64,000 bases of DNA from an uncultured Alphaproteobacteria bacterium (lineage in GTDB: Bacteria > Pseudomonadota > Alphaproteobacteria > Rs-D84). Positions 49,875 through 60,381 of the stretch are shown here, piece after piece. The DNA is taken from positions 36,937 to 100,936 of the forward strand of contig CAMRSV010000001.1 of the NCBI GenBank assembly GCA_947053455.1, in the 5' to 3' direction. The first letter of the stretch is position 1. Each line of letters starts with the position of its first letter. The notes below the pieces were generated by a model, which was not told the origin of the DNA, did no database searches, and saw nothing but the letters and a program-made list of their open reading frames with translations. The translations under genes were made by a program, and so were the position numbers.

Positions 49875-50591
49875 ATGAGTGGACACAGCAAATGGCACAA
49901 TATACAGCATAAAAAGGGTGCCGTGGACGCCGCCCGCAGCGGTTTGTTCACAAAACTGGCACGTGAAATAACGATGGCTGCAAAACTGGGCGACAAGAAC
50001 CCGGACAATAATCCGAGATTGCGTCTGGCAATTTTACAGGCACGTAAAAATTCCATGCCCAACGATAATATCAAACGCGCAATTGACAAGGCATCGGGTT
50101 CAAACACCGAAAACTATGTCGCCGTCCGATACGAAGGATATGGTCCTAACGCCGTCCCAGTTATTGTTGAGGCGTTGACCGACAACCCGCGCCGCACCGT
50201 ACCTGAAATTCGAAACATATTTGCCAAGAATGGTGGAAATATGGGCGAAGAAGGAAGTGTTGTTTTCATGTTTACACGTGCAGGACAAATCATGTACCCA
50301 GCGTCTATCGGCAAGACCGAAGATGAAATGATGGAAATTGTCATGGATGCGGGCGCAGACAATCTGGAATCATCACCGGAAGGATTTATTATCACAACCA
50401 AACCTGATGATTTTATTACCGTGCAAAAGACACTGTCAGACAAGTTGGGCGAACCGGAAAACGCGGAACTGACCTGGTTGGCAAACATGCCGGTTGATTT
50501 GGATGACGAAGCATACGCCAAGGTTGAAAAACTGGTTGATAGCCTGGACGACAATGACGACGTTCAAAAAGTGTTTACAGCGGCGGCATAA
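49875..50591 (+). CDS. yebC: YebC/PmpR family DNA-binding transcriptional regulator
   Basis: MSGHSKWHNIQHKKG start; 238 aa. Confidence 0.92.
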   Translation: MSGHSKWHNIQHKKGAVDAARSGLFTKLAREITMAAKLGDKNPDNNPRLRLAILQARKNSMPNDNIKRAIDKASGSNTENYVAVRYEGYGPNAVPVIVEALTDNPRRTVPEIRNIFAKNGGNMGEEGSVVFMFTRAGQIMYPASIGKTEDEMMEIVMDAGADNLESSPEGFIITTKPDDFITVQKTLSDKLGEPENAELTWLANMPVDLDDEAYAKVEKLVDSLDDNDDVQKVFTAAA

Positions 50592-50608
50592 AACCGTCTA
50601 TGTACAAG

Positions 50609-50633
50609 AAAACGGGGCATTGCCCCGTTTTTA
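50609..50633. terminator. bidirectional terminator
   Basis: AAAACGGGGCATTGCCCCGTTTTT. Confidence 0.8.
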
Positions 50634-51527
50634 CTTTAATTCAAACAAATGCATTATTATATCACCACCTTCATATGTTGCCTCGTCTGCCAAGCCGGTA
50701 ACATTGGTGTTATTAGTATTTGTATTCCATTGACCCACGGGGGCATATGATGTCGTCGCGGACACATATTTTTCATGTGCTGTGTCGATAAAAAATTGAA
50801 CAATATTATTCCCCAAAATCCCAGCATAACCCACCGGTTGATCAAACACTGCCATATACGCATATGACACGGATGCGGATCGCCCATCCAATGCATCAAT
50901 TAGATTTGGTTTGTCTGAAATCCCAGGCCCCTTGTAACGTGCAACAAACAGGTATGTTCCCGGTCCTATGGTTCCACCCATACACATTTCATCAACCGAA
51001 AAATCATCTATGTTTGAACTGTTTATATTCTGATTTATTTTCGCACAGGATTTTACCCGACGCCATACGCTTATGTCTGATTTCGGAATAAATTTTTCAA
51101 CCGCGGACAATGTCATAAATTTATTTACATTGCCAAGCCCATCTGGCTGTGCATTGGCATTGCGACTAAAATTAACTTCCGGACAACCTATTGCGCCATA
51201 TGTGCATACCGCGCGATGAAGCCCACCCGTACAGTAATGACCCATGCCGCAATTGACACATTCACTGTTATTCATCAAGTACTGGCCAGGCTCGCACCAC
51301 TTGCCCACCCAATAATCTTTCGCCCCCACCCGCAGGCGCAGCGCCCCGGTCGGCGCAGCGGATGAATACATTGCACCATACCATTTCTCGTCTGCAATAG
51401 AAACCGCCAACGCAGGCGAAGTATTTCGCGTGGAATTAAGTGGCACTGACCGGTCGCCAAAATGCAACATGCGCGCATAACATGCGGCATTAAAAAATAA
51501 TGTAAAAAATAAAACTATATATCTCAT
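50631..51527 (-). CDS. secreted cysteine-rich protein, paralog 3 (298 aa)
   Basis: Signal peptide present. The N-terminal half carries C..G.Y....C..C..G.YC.GG repeats related to the other paralogs, and the C-terminal half is Cys-poor. Confidence 0.65.
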   Translation of the reverse strand: MRYIVLFFTLFFNAACYARMLHFGDRSVPLNSTRNTSPALAVSIADEKWYGAMYSSAAPTGALRLRVGAKDYWVGKWCEPGQYLMNNSECVNCGMGHYCTGGLHRAVCTYGAIGCPEVNFSRNANAQPDGLGNVNKFMTLSAVEKFIPKSDISVWRRVKSCAKINQNINSSNIDDFSVDEMCMGGTIGPGTYLFVARYKGPGISDKPNLIDALDGRSASVSYAYMAVFDQPVGYAGILGNNIVQFFIDTAHEKYVSATTSYAPVGQWNTNTNNTNVTGLADEATYEGGDIIMHLFELK

Positions 51528-51713
51528 CTACCGTTACGACGTAATAAATGCCGTCATATAAATCAGACGGCTGGAGGTTAGAAACTATAAAACGGTATAG
51601 TGTCGTTTATTCAGTATATTCACGAGCCCTCCAACCGAATGTTGGAGTTTTTTTCGTCCACACGGACGCCGTTTTAAAGGTTTCTACACCCCACAGCATT
51701 TATCTTATGCTGC
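51528..51713 (-). promoter_or_regulatory. conserved structured 5' leader, copy 3 (diverged)
   Basis: Gene orientation: hairpin CAGCAT..ATGCTG, box GGGGTGTAGAAACC, hairpin CTCCAAC-ATTC-GGTTGGAGG, then CTAACCTCCAGCC fused to hairpin GCCGTCTGATTTATATGACGGC with an A/T tail, then ATG. Confidence 0.6.
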
Positions 51714-51773
51714 GAAGGAATTATAACATAAAATATTCTTTATATGCCACAGATAATTTCTTATAATAATCAC

Positions 51774-52253
51774 ATGACCAGAATACTTGGGATTGATCCC
51801 GGACTTTTGCATACGGGTTGGGCTGTGATAGAAAGTAAAGGTTCAACACGTAAATATGTCGCAAGTGGCGTTATTTTGCCGCCGGCGAAACTCCCGTTTG
51901 CACAAAGACTGGCCATAATTTTTCGCGGTGTGGATGAATTATGCGAACAATTTCAACCAGACTGTTGCAGCATAGAAGTCATATTCGTTAACGTAAACCC
52001 CAAGACAACATTGATTCTGGGTCAGGCACGCAGTGCGGCAATCGTCGCGGTTGCAAACCGAGATATACCGGTTTATGAGTATGAGCCAAATAAAATAAAA
52101 AAGGCGCTTACCGGTGCGGGACATGCGGACAAATCACAGATTGATAAAATGGTGCGAATATTGATGCCGGCAGCACACCCAAAAACACCAGACGAAGCTG
52201 ATGCAATCGCAATCGCATTGGCGCACAGCAATATGAATAAATTCGTTTTATAA
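51774..52253 (+). CDS. ruvC: crossover junction endodeoxyribonuclease RuvC
   Basis: MTRILGIDPGL start (catalytic Asp), 160 aa of RuvC-like sequence. Start at 51774. Confidence 0.9.
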   Translation: MTRILGIDPGLLHTGWAVIESKGSTRKYVASGVILPPAKLPFAQRLAIIFRGVDELCEQFQPDCCSIEVIFVNVNPKTTLILGQARSAAIVAVANRDIPVYEYEPNKIKKALTGAGHADKSQIDKMVRILMPAAHPKTPDEADAIAIALAHSNMNKFVL

Positions 52254-52303
52254 CAATTCCTTATTTTGTGTTATAATGACAAAAACAACAAAAGGGGAAA
52301 ATC

Positions 52304-52582
52304 ATGAAAAAAGAATTTATTGAAGCAGAATCAGAAAAACTACGCCAGCGCCAGCGGATACTGTTTCGCACATTTGGTGTGAATGTAATTTTGGGCGTTA
52401 TTGCATGGGCGCTGACTATGGTGCCGGGAATACTTTATTTCGGCGTATGGATGACAGGATTTTCAGCAATGCTGATGTATTATTCCGCAATAAGCGCGAT
52501 TGCCCTGTGGCAGATATTGAACGTTGCGTTCTTCTTTGCACCGGCCATCGCCACATGGTGGGAAAGAAAAATGATGAAATAA
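52304..52582 (+). CDS. small 2-TM membrane protein (92 aa)
   Basis: Two hydrophobic helices. Followed by a strong terminator. Confidence 0.45.
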   Translation: MKKEFIEAESEKLRQRQRILFRTFGVNVILGVIAWALTMVPGILYFGVWMTGFSAMLMYYSAISAIALWQILNVAFFFAPAIATWWERKMMK

Positions 52583-52583
52583 T

Positions 52584-52612
52584 AAAAAACGGCGGGTCAC
52601 CCGCCGTCTTTT
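52584..52612. terminator. bidirectional terminator
   Basis: AAAAAACGGCGGGTCACCCGCCGTCTTTT. Confidence 0.8.
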
Positions 52613-52630
52613 ATTAAACGCACATCGCGC

Positions 52631-53539
52631 CTATTGCATTGAATTTAGATATGCGATTGCATCCATGGCTGCCTCGCACCCGGTACCGACCGCGGTTGCA
52701 ATTTGCATCTTTATCCCCGAATGCACATCGCCCGCCACAAACAGACCCGCCGGCATTTCACCCGGCATCAGACGCCCCATGTTGTCGCGCGCTACATCTT
52801 CGCTTAAATAATCCGTATTCGCCTCATGCCCGATTGCAACAAACAGACCGTCAACAATTATTTCCTTGTCATCAGTTGTTGTCACAACAAGCCTGTCATC
52901 ATCGCGCTTTGCAATTTTTTTCAAATCCGTGTTGAACAGGCATTCAATATTTTCACGTTCCGCAACGCGGTTGCGTAATACGGCCTCGGCTCTGGTAAAG
53001 GCACCCTTGCGGTAAATAATTTTCACCGACCGCGCCTGATCCGCCAGATAAAGCGCATCGTTTAGCGCGCTGTTTCCGCCCCCCAGTACGATGACATCTT
53101 TGTTCATATAAAAGAACCCATCGCATGTAGCGCAGTATGATACACCCTTGCCCATAAGTTCGCGCGCACCTTCAATTTCCAGTCTGCGCGGTGACGCACC
53201 GGTTGCGATAATCACTGTGCGTCCGACATAGCGGTTGCCATCATCGCCCAGTACATTAAACCCGGACGCAGCATCGCCCGAAATGGATTTAGCGCCGACA
53301 AATTTTATTTCCGCACCAAATGATTCGGCCTGTCGCTTCATAAATTCCGCCAAATCCGTACCTGACCCCAAAAATCCCGGATAATTTTCCAATTTGGCGA
53401 TACCGGCCATCTGGCCCCCCAGTCTGTCACCACCCAGAACCAGCGTCTTTTTCCCGGCGCGCCCCGCATACAAAGCCGCCGTCAATCCCGCAGGACCTGA
53501 ACCCAAAATGATAACATCATGCATAACAATGTCGTTCAT
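52631..53539 (-). CDS. trxB: thioredoxin-disulfide reductase
   Basis: FAD motif ILGSGPAGLTAALYAGRAG, redox-active CATC (SYCATCDGFF), and NADPH GGGNSA motif. Start MNDIVMHDV at 53539. Confidence 0.9.
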   Translation of the reverse strand: MNDIVMHDVIILGSGPAGLTAALYAGRAGKKTLVLGGDRLGGQMAGIAKLENYPGFLGSGTDLAEFMKRQAESFGAEIKFVGAKSISGDAASGFNVLGDDGNRYVGRTVIIATGASPRRLEIEGARELMGKGVSYCATCDGFFYMNKDVIVLGGGNSALNDALYLADQARSVKIIYRKGAFTRAEAVLRNRVAERENIECLFNTDLKKIAKRDDDRLVVTTTDDKEIIVDGLFVAIGHEANTDYLSEDVARDNMGRLMPGEMPAGLFVAGDVHSGIKMQIATAVGTGCEAAMDAIAYLNSMQ

Positions 53540-53683
53540 GTTATTCTTCCTTTTATTATATTTCACGGCACACCATACCATAATGGATAACGACGCGCAA
53601 ATTAAAATATAGGCGTTATGAAAATATTGATTTTCCAATATAAATGAACTATATTTTATTGGAAATCAAAGGATTGCAATATC

Positions 53684-54961
53684 ATGCTGGATATAAAATT
53701 TATTCGTGAAAACCCGGAAATAGTCAAAAATGCCTGCCGGGTTAAGGGGTTTGACGATAATGTCGACGAAATATTGGCGTTGGACGCGCGGGTGCGCGAA
53801 CTTAAAACCGCAACCCAGACAATGACCGCCGAAAAAAACCGAATAACGCGTGAAATACCCATGGCATCGGACAAGGCGCCGCTGATTGCACGATCCAAAG
53901 AAATAGGCAATGAAATTGCCGCAGATATGGCGGAGTTGGCCGAAAAAGAGGATGCGCTTAATGATTTAATGCACCGCGTGCCACAAATCCCCAGCCAAAG
54001 CGCCCCAATCGGTCCCGACGACACATCAAATGTAGAGGTAAAGCGCGTCGGCACGCCACGCAAATTTGATTTTACACCCCGCGCCCAGTGGGATTTGTTG
54101 GACATGAACAATTGGTGGATGCCGGAAAAAATTGGCCAAATTTGCGGTACGCGCACATATGCACTAAAGGGCGAGGCCGCCGAACTGCAACTGGCGATTG
54201 AAACATATGTTATTCAAAAACTGATTCAAAAGGGATTTGTATTCGTTGAGTGTCCGTCAATTACAAAACCCCAGACAATATTCAACGCCGGCCACTTTAT
54301 GGGGGCAAACCCGGCGGTTATGGAAAACGATGTATTTATGCTGGCGGGAACTGACCGGTGTCTGGCCGGAACGGCTGAAATTATTCTAAATTCACTGCAC
54401 GGGGGCGAAGTTTTGAATGAATCCGATTTGCCGATAAAGTATGCCGGGTTTTCACCATGCTTTCGTAAAGAGGCGGGCGCGGCCGGCCGTGATACACGCG
54501 GACTTGCCCGCTTTCACCAGTTTAACAAGGTTGAACAATACATTTACTGTACCCCGGCGCAATCGGACGAAATGCATGAACATATTCTGCAAAATCTGTG
54601 CGAAGTCATGGAAGATTTGGAATTGCCATACCGCGTGATTGCAAATTCGACAGGCGACATGGGATTTAACAAAGTAAAGATGAATGATGTTGAGGCATGG
54701 GTGCCGTCGGAAAACGGCTACAAAGAACTTGGCAGCTGTTCATCAATCGGCACATTCCAGGCACGCCGCACAAACACACGATACCGTGCAAACGACGGTT
54801 CAATGCAATTTTGCGCGACACTGAACAACACAGGAATTGCCGTACCACGCGCATTGGTACCGGTATTGGAAAATCATCAAAATCCGGATGGCAGTGTTAA
54901 CATACCGAAAAAGTTGCAACCACTTATGGGCGGACGCACAAAAATCGGTGGCAAGCATTAA
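53684..54961 (+). CDS. serS: serine--tRNA ligase
   Basis: N-terminal coiled-coil arm (MLDIKFIRENPE..) and class II motifs; 425 aa. Confidence 0.92.
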   Translation: MLDIKFIRENPEIVKNACRVKGFDDNVDEILALDARVRELKTATQTMTAEKNRITREIPMASDKAPLIARSKEIGNEIAADMAELAEKEDALNDLMHRVPQIPSQSAPIGPDDTSNVEVKRVGTPRKFDFTPRAQWDLLDMNNWWMPEKIGQICGTRTYALKGEAAELQLAIETYVIQKLIQKGFVFVECPSITKPQTIFNAGHFMGANPAVMENDVFMLAGTDRCLAGTAEIILNSLHGGEVLNESDLPIKYAGFSPCFRKEAGAAGRDTRGLARFHQFNKVEQYIYCTPAQSDEMHEHILQNLCEVMEDLELPYRVIANSTGDMGFNKVKMNDVEAWVPSENGYKELGSCSSIGTFQARRTNTRYRANDGSMQFCATLNNTGIAVPRALVPVLENHQNPDGSVNIPKKLQPLMGGRTKIGGKH

Positions 54962-54987
54962 AAAACGGGGCGACGCCCCGTTTTTAT
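54961..54987. terminator. bidirectional terminator
   Basis: AAAAACGGGGCGACGCCCCGTTTTT. Confidence 0.8.
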
Positions 54988-55538
54988 TATCGCTGAAAAG
55001 AATACATCAATCTTTTCAATGGCCGCATCAACGGATTAGACTGCTGAATATCAACCATGGACTGTAACTGCCGTGACTGGGTGATAATGTCATGTGCAAA
55101 CTTAAATGATTGCATACGAAAAGTATCGCTGCTGGATGTGCGGTCATATTCCCAGTTCTGAACAGATTTACAAAAATTATAATACGCCTGACACAAGTCA
55201 TCGTTTTCATACATTGCCGCATCGGACGCATTAATAACAAAATCCATCGGGCTTTGAACAATATAATATGCCATTGTGGTTTCTTTTGCATTTTTTTCTT
55301 CCGTCCATTTGTCGACGCGCGAACGCCACATACCCAAAGTATACGCACGCGAAAAATAAATTTCCGGATTTTGCGCAACCCCGTTTATATATACCAACGC
55401 ACGACCTGCCAAATAACGCGATTTAATCGGCATCTTGCCCCAGCGCCGGGACAACGATTCCCTGGCCAAAATTTTGAAACAGGCAAAACCAGATTTTATC
55501 GCATTATAAACCTGAATATCTGACACTTTTTTTTGCAT
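54987..55538 (-). CDS. hypothetical protein
   Basis: ORF on the minus strand; no recognised family. Likely start MQKKVSD. Confidence 0.4.
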   Translation of the reverse strand: MQKKVSDIQVYNAIKSGFACFKILARESLSRRWGKMPIKSRYLAGRALVYINGVAQNPEIYFSRAYTLGMWRSRVDKWTEEKNAKETTMAYYIVQSPMDFVINASDAAMYENDDLCQAYYNFCKSVQNWEYDRTSSSDTFRMQSFKFAHDIITQSRQLQSMVDIQQSNPLMRPLKRLMYSFQR

Positions 55539-55749
55539 AACTAAACGCCCTCTGTTATCTCTTACAGTATAAGACAAAAAACACAAAATGTCAACATATT
55601 AAATTCAAATTTAATCCAGGGCATGCGAACGAAGTCTTTCCAAATATTTTATTATTTCGACAAAAAAATCAATTTTTATATACATAACTTGTTGAAAATT
55701 TGGATTTATTGTATAAACTTAAAAAAATTAAAATCTTAAAGGCACAAAA

Positions 55750-57582
55750 ATGAAAATTCGTAATATTGCAATTATCGCGCACGTTGACCACGGAAAAACA
55801 ACATTGGTTGATAACATGCTAAAACAAGCTGGAACATTCCGTGAAAACGAACGTGTTGAGGAACGCGTCATGGACAGTGGTGATATCGAACGCGAACGCG
55901 GAATCACCATTTCGGCAAAACCGACATCAATCCAGTGGGGCGAATATAAAATAAACATCGTTGACACCCCGGGGCACGCCGATTTTGGTGGCGAAGTGGA
56001 ACGTATTTTATCAATGGTTGATGGCGTCGTTTTGCTGGTCGATAGCGCCGAAGGCCCCCTGCCCCAGACAAAGTTTGTATTAAGCAAGGCATTGAAACTG
56101 GGCTTGCGGCCAATTGTGTGCATTAACAAGGTAGATAGAAGCGACGCCCGTCCGGACGAAGTTCTGACCGAAACATTTGATTTGTTTGATAAATTGGGTG
56201 CGACGGATTCGCAACTTGATTTCCCATATCTGTATTCCGTCGGACGCGACGGTTGGGCCGTTCGTGATTTAAATGACGAACACAAAGACCTGACACCGCT
56301 GTTCCAATTGATTGTAGACCATGTGCCGGCACCAGACTGCAACGGTGACAGATGCCAAATTGACGCACCGTTCCGCATGTTGGCCACAACGTTAGAGGCA
56401 GATCCCTATGTTGGCCGAATTCTGACTGGAAAAATTGAATCTGGGACGGTAAAGGTCGGACAATCGGTCAAAGCAATAAATATGAAGGGCGAATTTATCG
56501 AAAACGCCAAAATAACAAAAATTATTGAACATCGCGGCGTTGAAAAAATCTCGAGAGAGAGTGCCTCGGCCGGCGATATTGTCGTGCTTGCCGGATTTTC
56601 CAAGGCAACTGTGGCGGATACCCTGTGCGACACGTCTGTTACCGAACCGATTCCCGCCATGCCGATTGACCCGCCGACACTAACCATGACATTCTTTGTT
56701 AATACATCACCTTTGGCGGGGAAATCCGGAAAGAAGCTGACGTCACGAATGATTGGCGAAAGACTTTTCAAAGAGGCAGAAACAAATATCGCCCTGCGTG
56801 TAACACAGAGTGCAAACAACGAAGCATTCGAGGTATCCGGGCGCGGTGAACTGCAACTGGGTATTTTGATTGAAACCATGCGCCGCGAAGGATTTGAACT
56901 GTCCGTGTCACGTCCGCGCGTTGTTATGATTGAAGGGCCAAACGGCGAACAACTGGAACCGATTGAAGATGTCGTAATTGACGTTGACGATGAATTCTCG
57001 GGTGTGGTCATAGAAAAAATGACCAAACGCAAGGCAACAATTACCGAAATGAAATCGTCCGGCGCCGGCAAAACACGCATAGTTTTTTCCGCACCATCAC
57101 GCGGTTTAATTGGCTACCTGTCGGAATTTAGAACGGATACACGTGGCACAGGTATCATGAACCGCGTATTTTCCGAATACAGTGAATACCGCGGTCCGAT
57201 AATGCAATACCGACCGGGCGTGCTGGTATCTATGGAAAACGGTTCGGCCGCAACGTATGCATTATTCAATCTGCAGCCGCGCGGGACCTTGTTCATCGGC
57301 CCACAAACAGAAGTTTATTCCGGCATGATAATCGGCGAACACAGCAAGGAAAACGATTTGGAGGTAAACCCCATAAAGGGCAAGGAACTGACCAACATGC
57401 GTTCCGTTACGGCCGATGAAAAACTGTTTCTGGCACCGCCACGGCGCATATCGCTGGAAGAAGCGCTGTCATATATCCAGGACGATGAATTGGTTGAAAT
57501 AACACCGGCGACTATACGCCTGCGAAAAAAGGAACTGGATAGTAACATGCGCAAAAAGATGCACAAAAACACGGGGGCATAA
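55750..57582 (+). CDS. typA: translational GTPase TypA/BipA
   Basis: MKIRNIAIIAHVDHGKTTLVD G1 motif and EF-G-like domain order; 610 aa. Confidence 0.93.
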   Translation: MKIRNIAIIAHVDHGKTTLVDNMLKQAGTFRENERVEERVMDSGDIERERGITISAKPTSIQWGEYKINIVDTPGHADFGGEVERILSMVDGVVLLVDSAEGPLPQTKFVLSKALKLGLRPIVCINKVDRSDARPDEVLTETFDLFDKLGATDSQLDFPYLYSVGRDGWAVRDLNDEHKDLTPLFQLIVDHVPAPDCNGDRCQIDAPFRMLATTLEADPYVGRILTGKIESGTVKVGQSVKAINMKGEFIENAKITKIIEHRGVEKISRESASAGDIVVLAGFSKATVADTLCDTSVTEPIPAMPIDPPTLTMTFFVNTSPLAGKSGKKLTSRMIGERLFKEAETNIALRVTQSANNEAFEVSGRGELQLGILIETMRREGFELSVSRPRVVMIEGPNGEQLEPIEDVVIDVDDEFSGVVIEKMTKRKATITEMKSSGAGKTRIVFSAPSRGLIGYLSEFRTDTRGTGIMNRVFSEYSEYRGPIMQYRPGVLVSMENGSAATYALFNLQPRGTLFIGPQTEVYSGMIIGEHSKENDLEVNPIKGKELTNMRSVTADEKLFLAPPRRISLEEALSYIQDDELVEITPATIRLRKKELDSNMRKKMHKNTGA

Positions 57583-57597
57583 ACCCCGTGTTTTTTT
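57570..57597 (+). terminator. rho-independent terminator after typA
   Basis: CACGGGGGCATAAACCCCGTGTTTTTTT. Confidence 0.8.
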
Positions 57598-57670
57598 ATT
57601 CATAACATCGGCTAAATCCAGCATATATTCATTTGTTGAAAATGCGATTAAAAACATATATTATTCATAT

Positions 57671-58513
57671 ATGAAGATAAAAAGACTTTTCCTATTTGCC
57701 GGTTACGACCCAAAGGGTATAATTGACGAAGCACTGCTGTACTACGTTCGCGCATTATCTAAATTGGGCGACGTGGTTCTTTTTATGGACAGTGACTGCA
57801 GCGCAGCGCAACTAAAAAAACTGGCACCGTACGTTATATGGGCAGGTGCCACGCGACACGGCGAATACGACTTTGGCTCGTACAAGCGTGCATATGAATA
57901 CGCGGTGGATAAAAAAATTTTAAATAAATATGATTTCGTATACTTGGTAAACGATTCTGTATACGGACCGATGCGCCCGCTTAAACCAATAATCACCGGA
58001 TTAGAGGCACGAAAGCTGGACGCATTCGGCATGATTAAGAATCCGAACCATAATGCGCCGCATATCGGGTCATGGTTTATCGGCATGCGACCACGAGTAT
58101 TTTTGTCACCTATGTTTGATAAATTTATGCGCAGTATAACACGCCAACCAGACAAGGGCACGGTCGCCACTTTATACGAGCATGGATTTACCGCAATGAT
58201 AGAACGCGCCGGATTTTCATGGGGATGTAAAAAGACCATATTTAATCGCGGCGTATACAATCGGGTAAAGGCGCAATTTAAATCCAATGTGCCGTTCATA
58301 AAAAAATTATCATTTACGCGACATAACGGCTCACTTGGTCGACAAATAAATTATGTTCTGAAACATGCGGATGCACCCGCACGCATCGCAACGCTTGCGT
58401 CGGCACGGCGCACAATGGGCACGGAATATATCGACTGGTTGCTCCATGGCAGTAAAATGACGATGATTGTGCGTTTCCTGAAATATATGTGGAAAAAATA
58501 CAAGAACGGATAA
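57671..58513 (+). CDS. putative polysaccharide biosynthesis glycosyltransferase (RgpF/rhamnan-synthesis-F-like)
   Basis: 280 aa with weak by-eye resemblance to the RgpF family. First gene of the glycan locus. Confidence 0.35.
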   Translation: MKIKRLFLFAGYDPKGIIDEALLYYVRALSKLGDVVLFMDSDCSAAQLKKLAPYVIWAGATRHGEYDFGSYKRAYEYAVDKKILNKYDFVYLVNDSVYGPMRPLKPIITGLEARKLDAFGMIKNPNHNAPHIGSWFIGMRPRVFLSPMFDKFMRSITRQPDKGTVATLYEHGFTAMIERAGFSWGCKKTIFNRGVYNRVKAQFKSNVPFIKKLSFTRHNGSLGRQINYVLKHADAPARIATLASARRTMGTEYIDWLLHGSKMTMIVRFLKYMWKKYKNG

Positions 58514-58516
58514 AAA

Positions 58517-59350
58517 ATGCAAAAACAAAAGCGCATTGCCGCAATAACCATGGCTCGAAATGACGACTTCTTTCTGGGGCGATGGATTAAATATTATGGA
58601 AATGAAATAGGACGTGAAAACCTGTACGTTTATCTGGACGGACTAGACCAATCTGCACCACGCGATGCGCGTGATGTAAACATAACAAAACTGCCCCATG
58701 TGGAAGAAGCCGTACAACGTGGTGACAAACGCAGAATACTGCTGCTATCGGATTTGGCTAAAAAACTTTTTAATAATGGATACGACATTGTCATAGGATG
58801 CGACTGCGACGAATTTTTGATTGTAGATCCGGCGAAAAACAAAACTCTTGCCGAATATTTATCCGGGATACGAAATGTAACATCGGTATCGGGCCTTGGG
58901 TTAGATGTGGGCATGGATTTAAATACCGAATCCGCATTAGATATGCGCGCCCCATTTCTAACACAGCGTAGATATGCCCTGTTGTCGACGCGCTATACAA
59001 AACCCGTCGTAATGTTCCGCCCGGCAACCTGGGGCAGCGGGTTTCACAGTGTAAAGGGTAAAAATTTTCACATTGATAAAAATCTGTATCTGTTGCACTT
59101 TGGCGGCGTTGACTATAACATGATAAAAAATAAAATCGGCGACCGAAACCCATCATGGGAAAAACACCTAAAAAAACGCGCACGAACAATTGAAACAATC
59201 ACAAAAGTGCATCGCCGAAATGCATCACTTAAAATCGCGCGTACGCTGCAAACCTTACTGCGCCCTGTATACGACTGGAACAAGCCTGCGATGCTGGGGC
59301 TAAAAATGGTCACAACAATACCAGAACGCTTCAAGAAAATCGGTATATAA
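58517..59350 (+). CDS. putative GT-A fold glycosyltransferase (DXD-type motif CDCDEF)
   Basis: 277 aa with an acidic DxD-like motif after a beta-strand (IVIGCDCDEFL). Co-oriented and adjacent to the previous gene. Confidence 0.4.
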   Translation: MQKQKRIAAITMARNDDFFLGRWIKYYGNEIGRENLYVYLDGLDQSAPRDARDVNITKLPHVEEAVQRGDKRRILLLSDLAKKLFNNGYDIVIGCDCDEFLIVDPAKNKTLAEYLSGIRNVTSVSGLGLDVGMDLNTESALDMRAPFLTQRRYALLSTRYTKPVVMFRPATWGSGFHSVKGKNFHIDKNLYLLHFGGVDYNMIKNKIGDRNPSWEKHLKKRARTIETITKVHRRNASLKIARTLQTLLRPVYDWNKPAMLGLKMVTTIPERFKKIGI

Positions 59351-59376
59351 AAATGGGGTGCATCCCCCATTTTTTA
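59350..59376. terminator. bidirectional terminator
   Basis: AAAATGGGGTGCATCCCCCATTTTTT. Confidence 0.8.
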
Positions 59377-60378
59377 TTTCCGGTCAATCAATTTCAAAAT
59401 GCGCCGCCGATATTTTCGTGCGCGCATTGTTTGCACAAAATCCAGCGCACCGTCACGATACATTTTATCAAAATATATCCGTGCCGCATCCATGCCACCT
59501 GGAAACCCGCGTGCAGCGCGCATAACAATTATGAAAAATGGCCATAAAAATTCACGTGACCATGTCCTTAATTGTTTTGTATTGGAATGTTTTTTTGCAT
59601 ACAAGTATGATGCCGCCGTCGCACGTGATATATTTTCAAAAACGTTACGTGATGTTGCGGCATTTAATGCCGACGACATATTCGGCACATAATAGTACAG
59701 TGGCGTCCGCAAAATAACCGCATGTGGCCGACGCAGCAAAATCTCGGTCCACCAGAGAAAATCTTCAGCAATTTTTATGGACGTGTCAAATTTCATTCCA
59801 GAAATAAATTTGCGGCGCATTAAATGCATCCATGGATAGCAATGCCGAATGCGAAACAATCCAAACGAATGGTTTCGTTCCGTTGAATACCCCAGCAAAT
59901 TATCCGTCACGACACCCGTCACGCACGCCGGATTATAAACATGCGCCAAGGATTTTGGCACAAAATCCGCCGTATCAAGACCCGAACGCAACAGACGACG
60001 CATCCCCATTTGTGCACGCGCGTCAAAGCGAAAAGAAACAGTGTCGGCATTATTCTTATCCGCCAGGCATGTTGTTATTTCAAACAATTGCGGATGTATA
60101 AAATCATCGCTGTCTATAAATATCACATATTGCCCACGGGCAAGCTTTATACCGTCATTTCGCGCCGCAGATACACCCCCATTTTCTTTGTGGATTACAC
60201 GTATACGCTTGTCACGACGCGCATATTCATCCAGTATTTTTCCACTGTTGTCCGGACTGCCGTCGTCGACACATATCGCCTCCCAGTCCGTTAATGTCTG
60301 ACTCATCACACTGTCTAGACATCTGCGCACATATCTTTCAACTTTATATACTGGTATTATTACACTTACTTTGGGCAT
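59374..60378 (-). CDS. family 2 glycosyltransferase (GT2), tandem copy 1
   Basis: N-terminus VSVIIPVYKVERYVRRCLDSV..DWEAICVDDGSPDNSG..DSDD is the classic GT2 fold. Confidence 0.88.
   Translation of the reverse strand: MPKVSVIIPVYKVERYVRRCLDSVMSQTLTDWEAICVDDGSPDNSGKILDEYARRDKRIRVIHKENGGVSAARNDGIKLARGQYVIFIDSDDFIHPQLFEITTCLADKNNADTVSFRFDARAQMGMRRLLRSGLDTADFVPKSLAHVYNPACVTGVVTDNLLGYSTERNHSFGLFRIRHCYPWMHLMRRKFISGMKFDTSIKIAEDFLWWTEILLRRPHAVILRTPLYYYVPNMSSALNAATSRNVFENISRATAASYLYAKKHSNTKQLRTWSREFLWPFFIIVMRAARGFPGGMDAARIYFDKMYRDGALDFVQTMRARKYRRRILKLIDRK
60124..60378. repeat. 255-bp block 100% identical to 60922..61176 (5' ends of adjacent GT2 genes)
   Basis: Direct comparison: CACATATTGCCCACGGGCAAG...CTTACTTTGGGCAT is identical at both sites. 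Confidence 0.85.
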
Positions 60379-60381
60379 AGC

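Noticed and set aside
56406-57080. 224-aa minus-strand ORF
   Set aside because: Antisense to typA, a highly conserved GTPase. Ser-rich artefactual frame.
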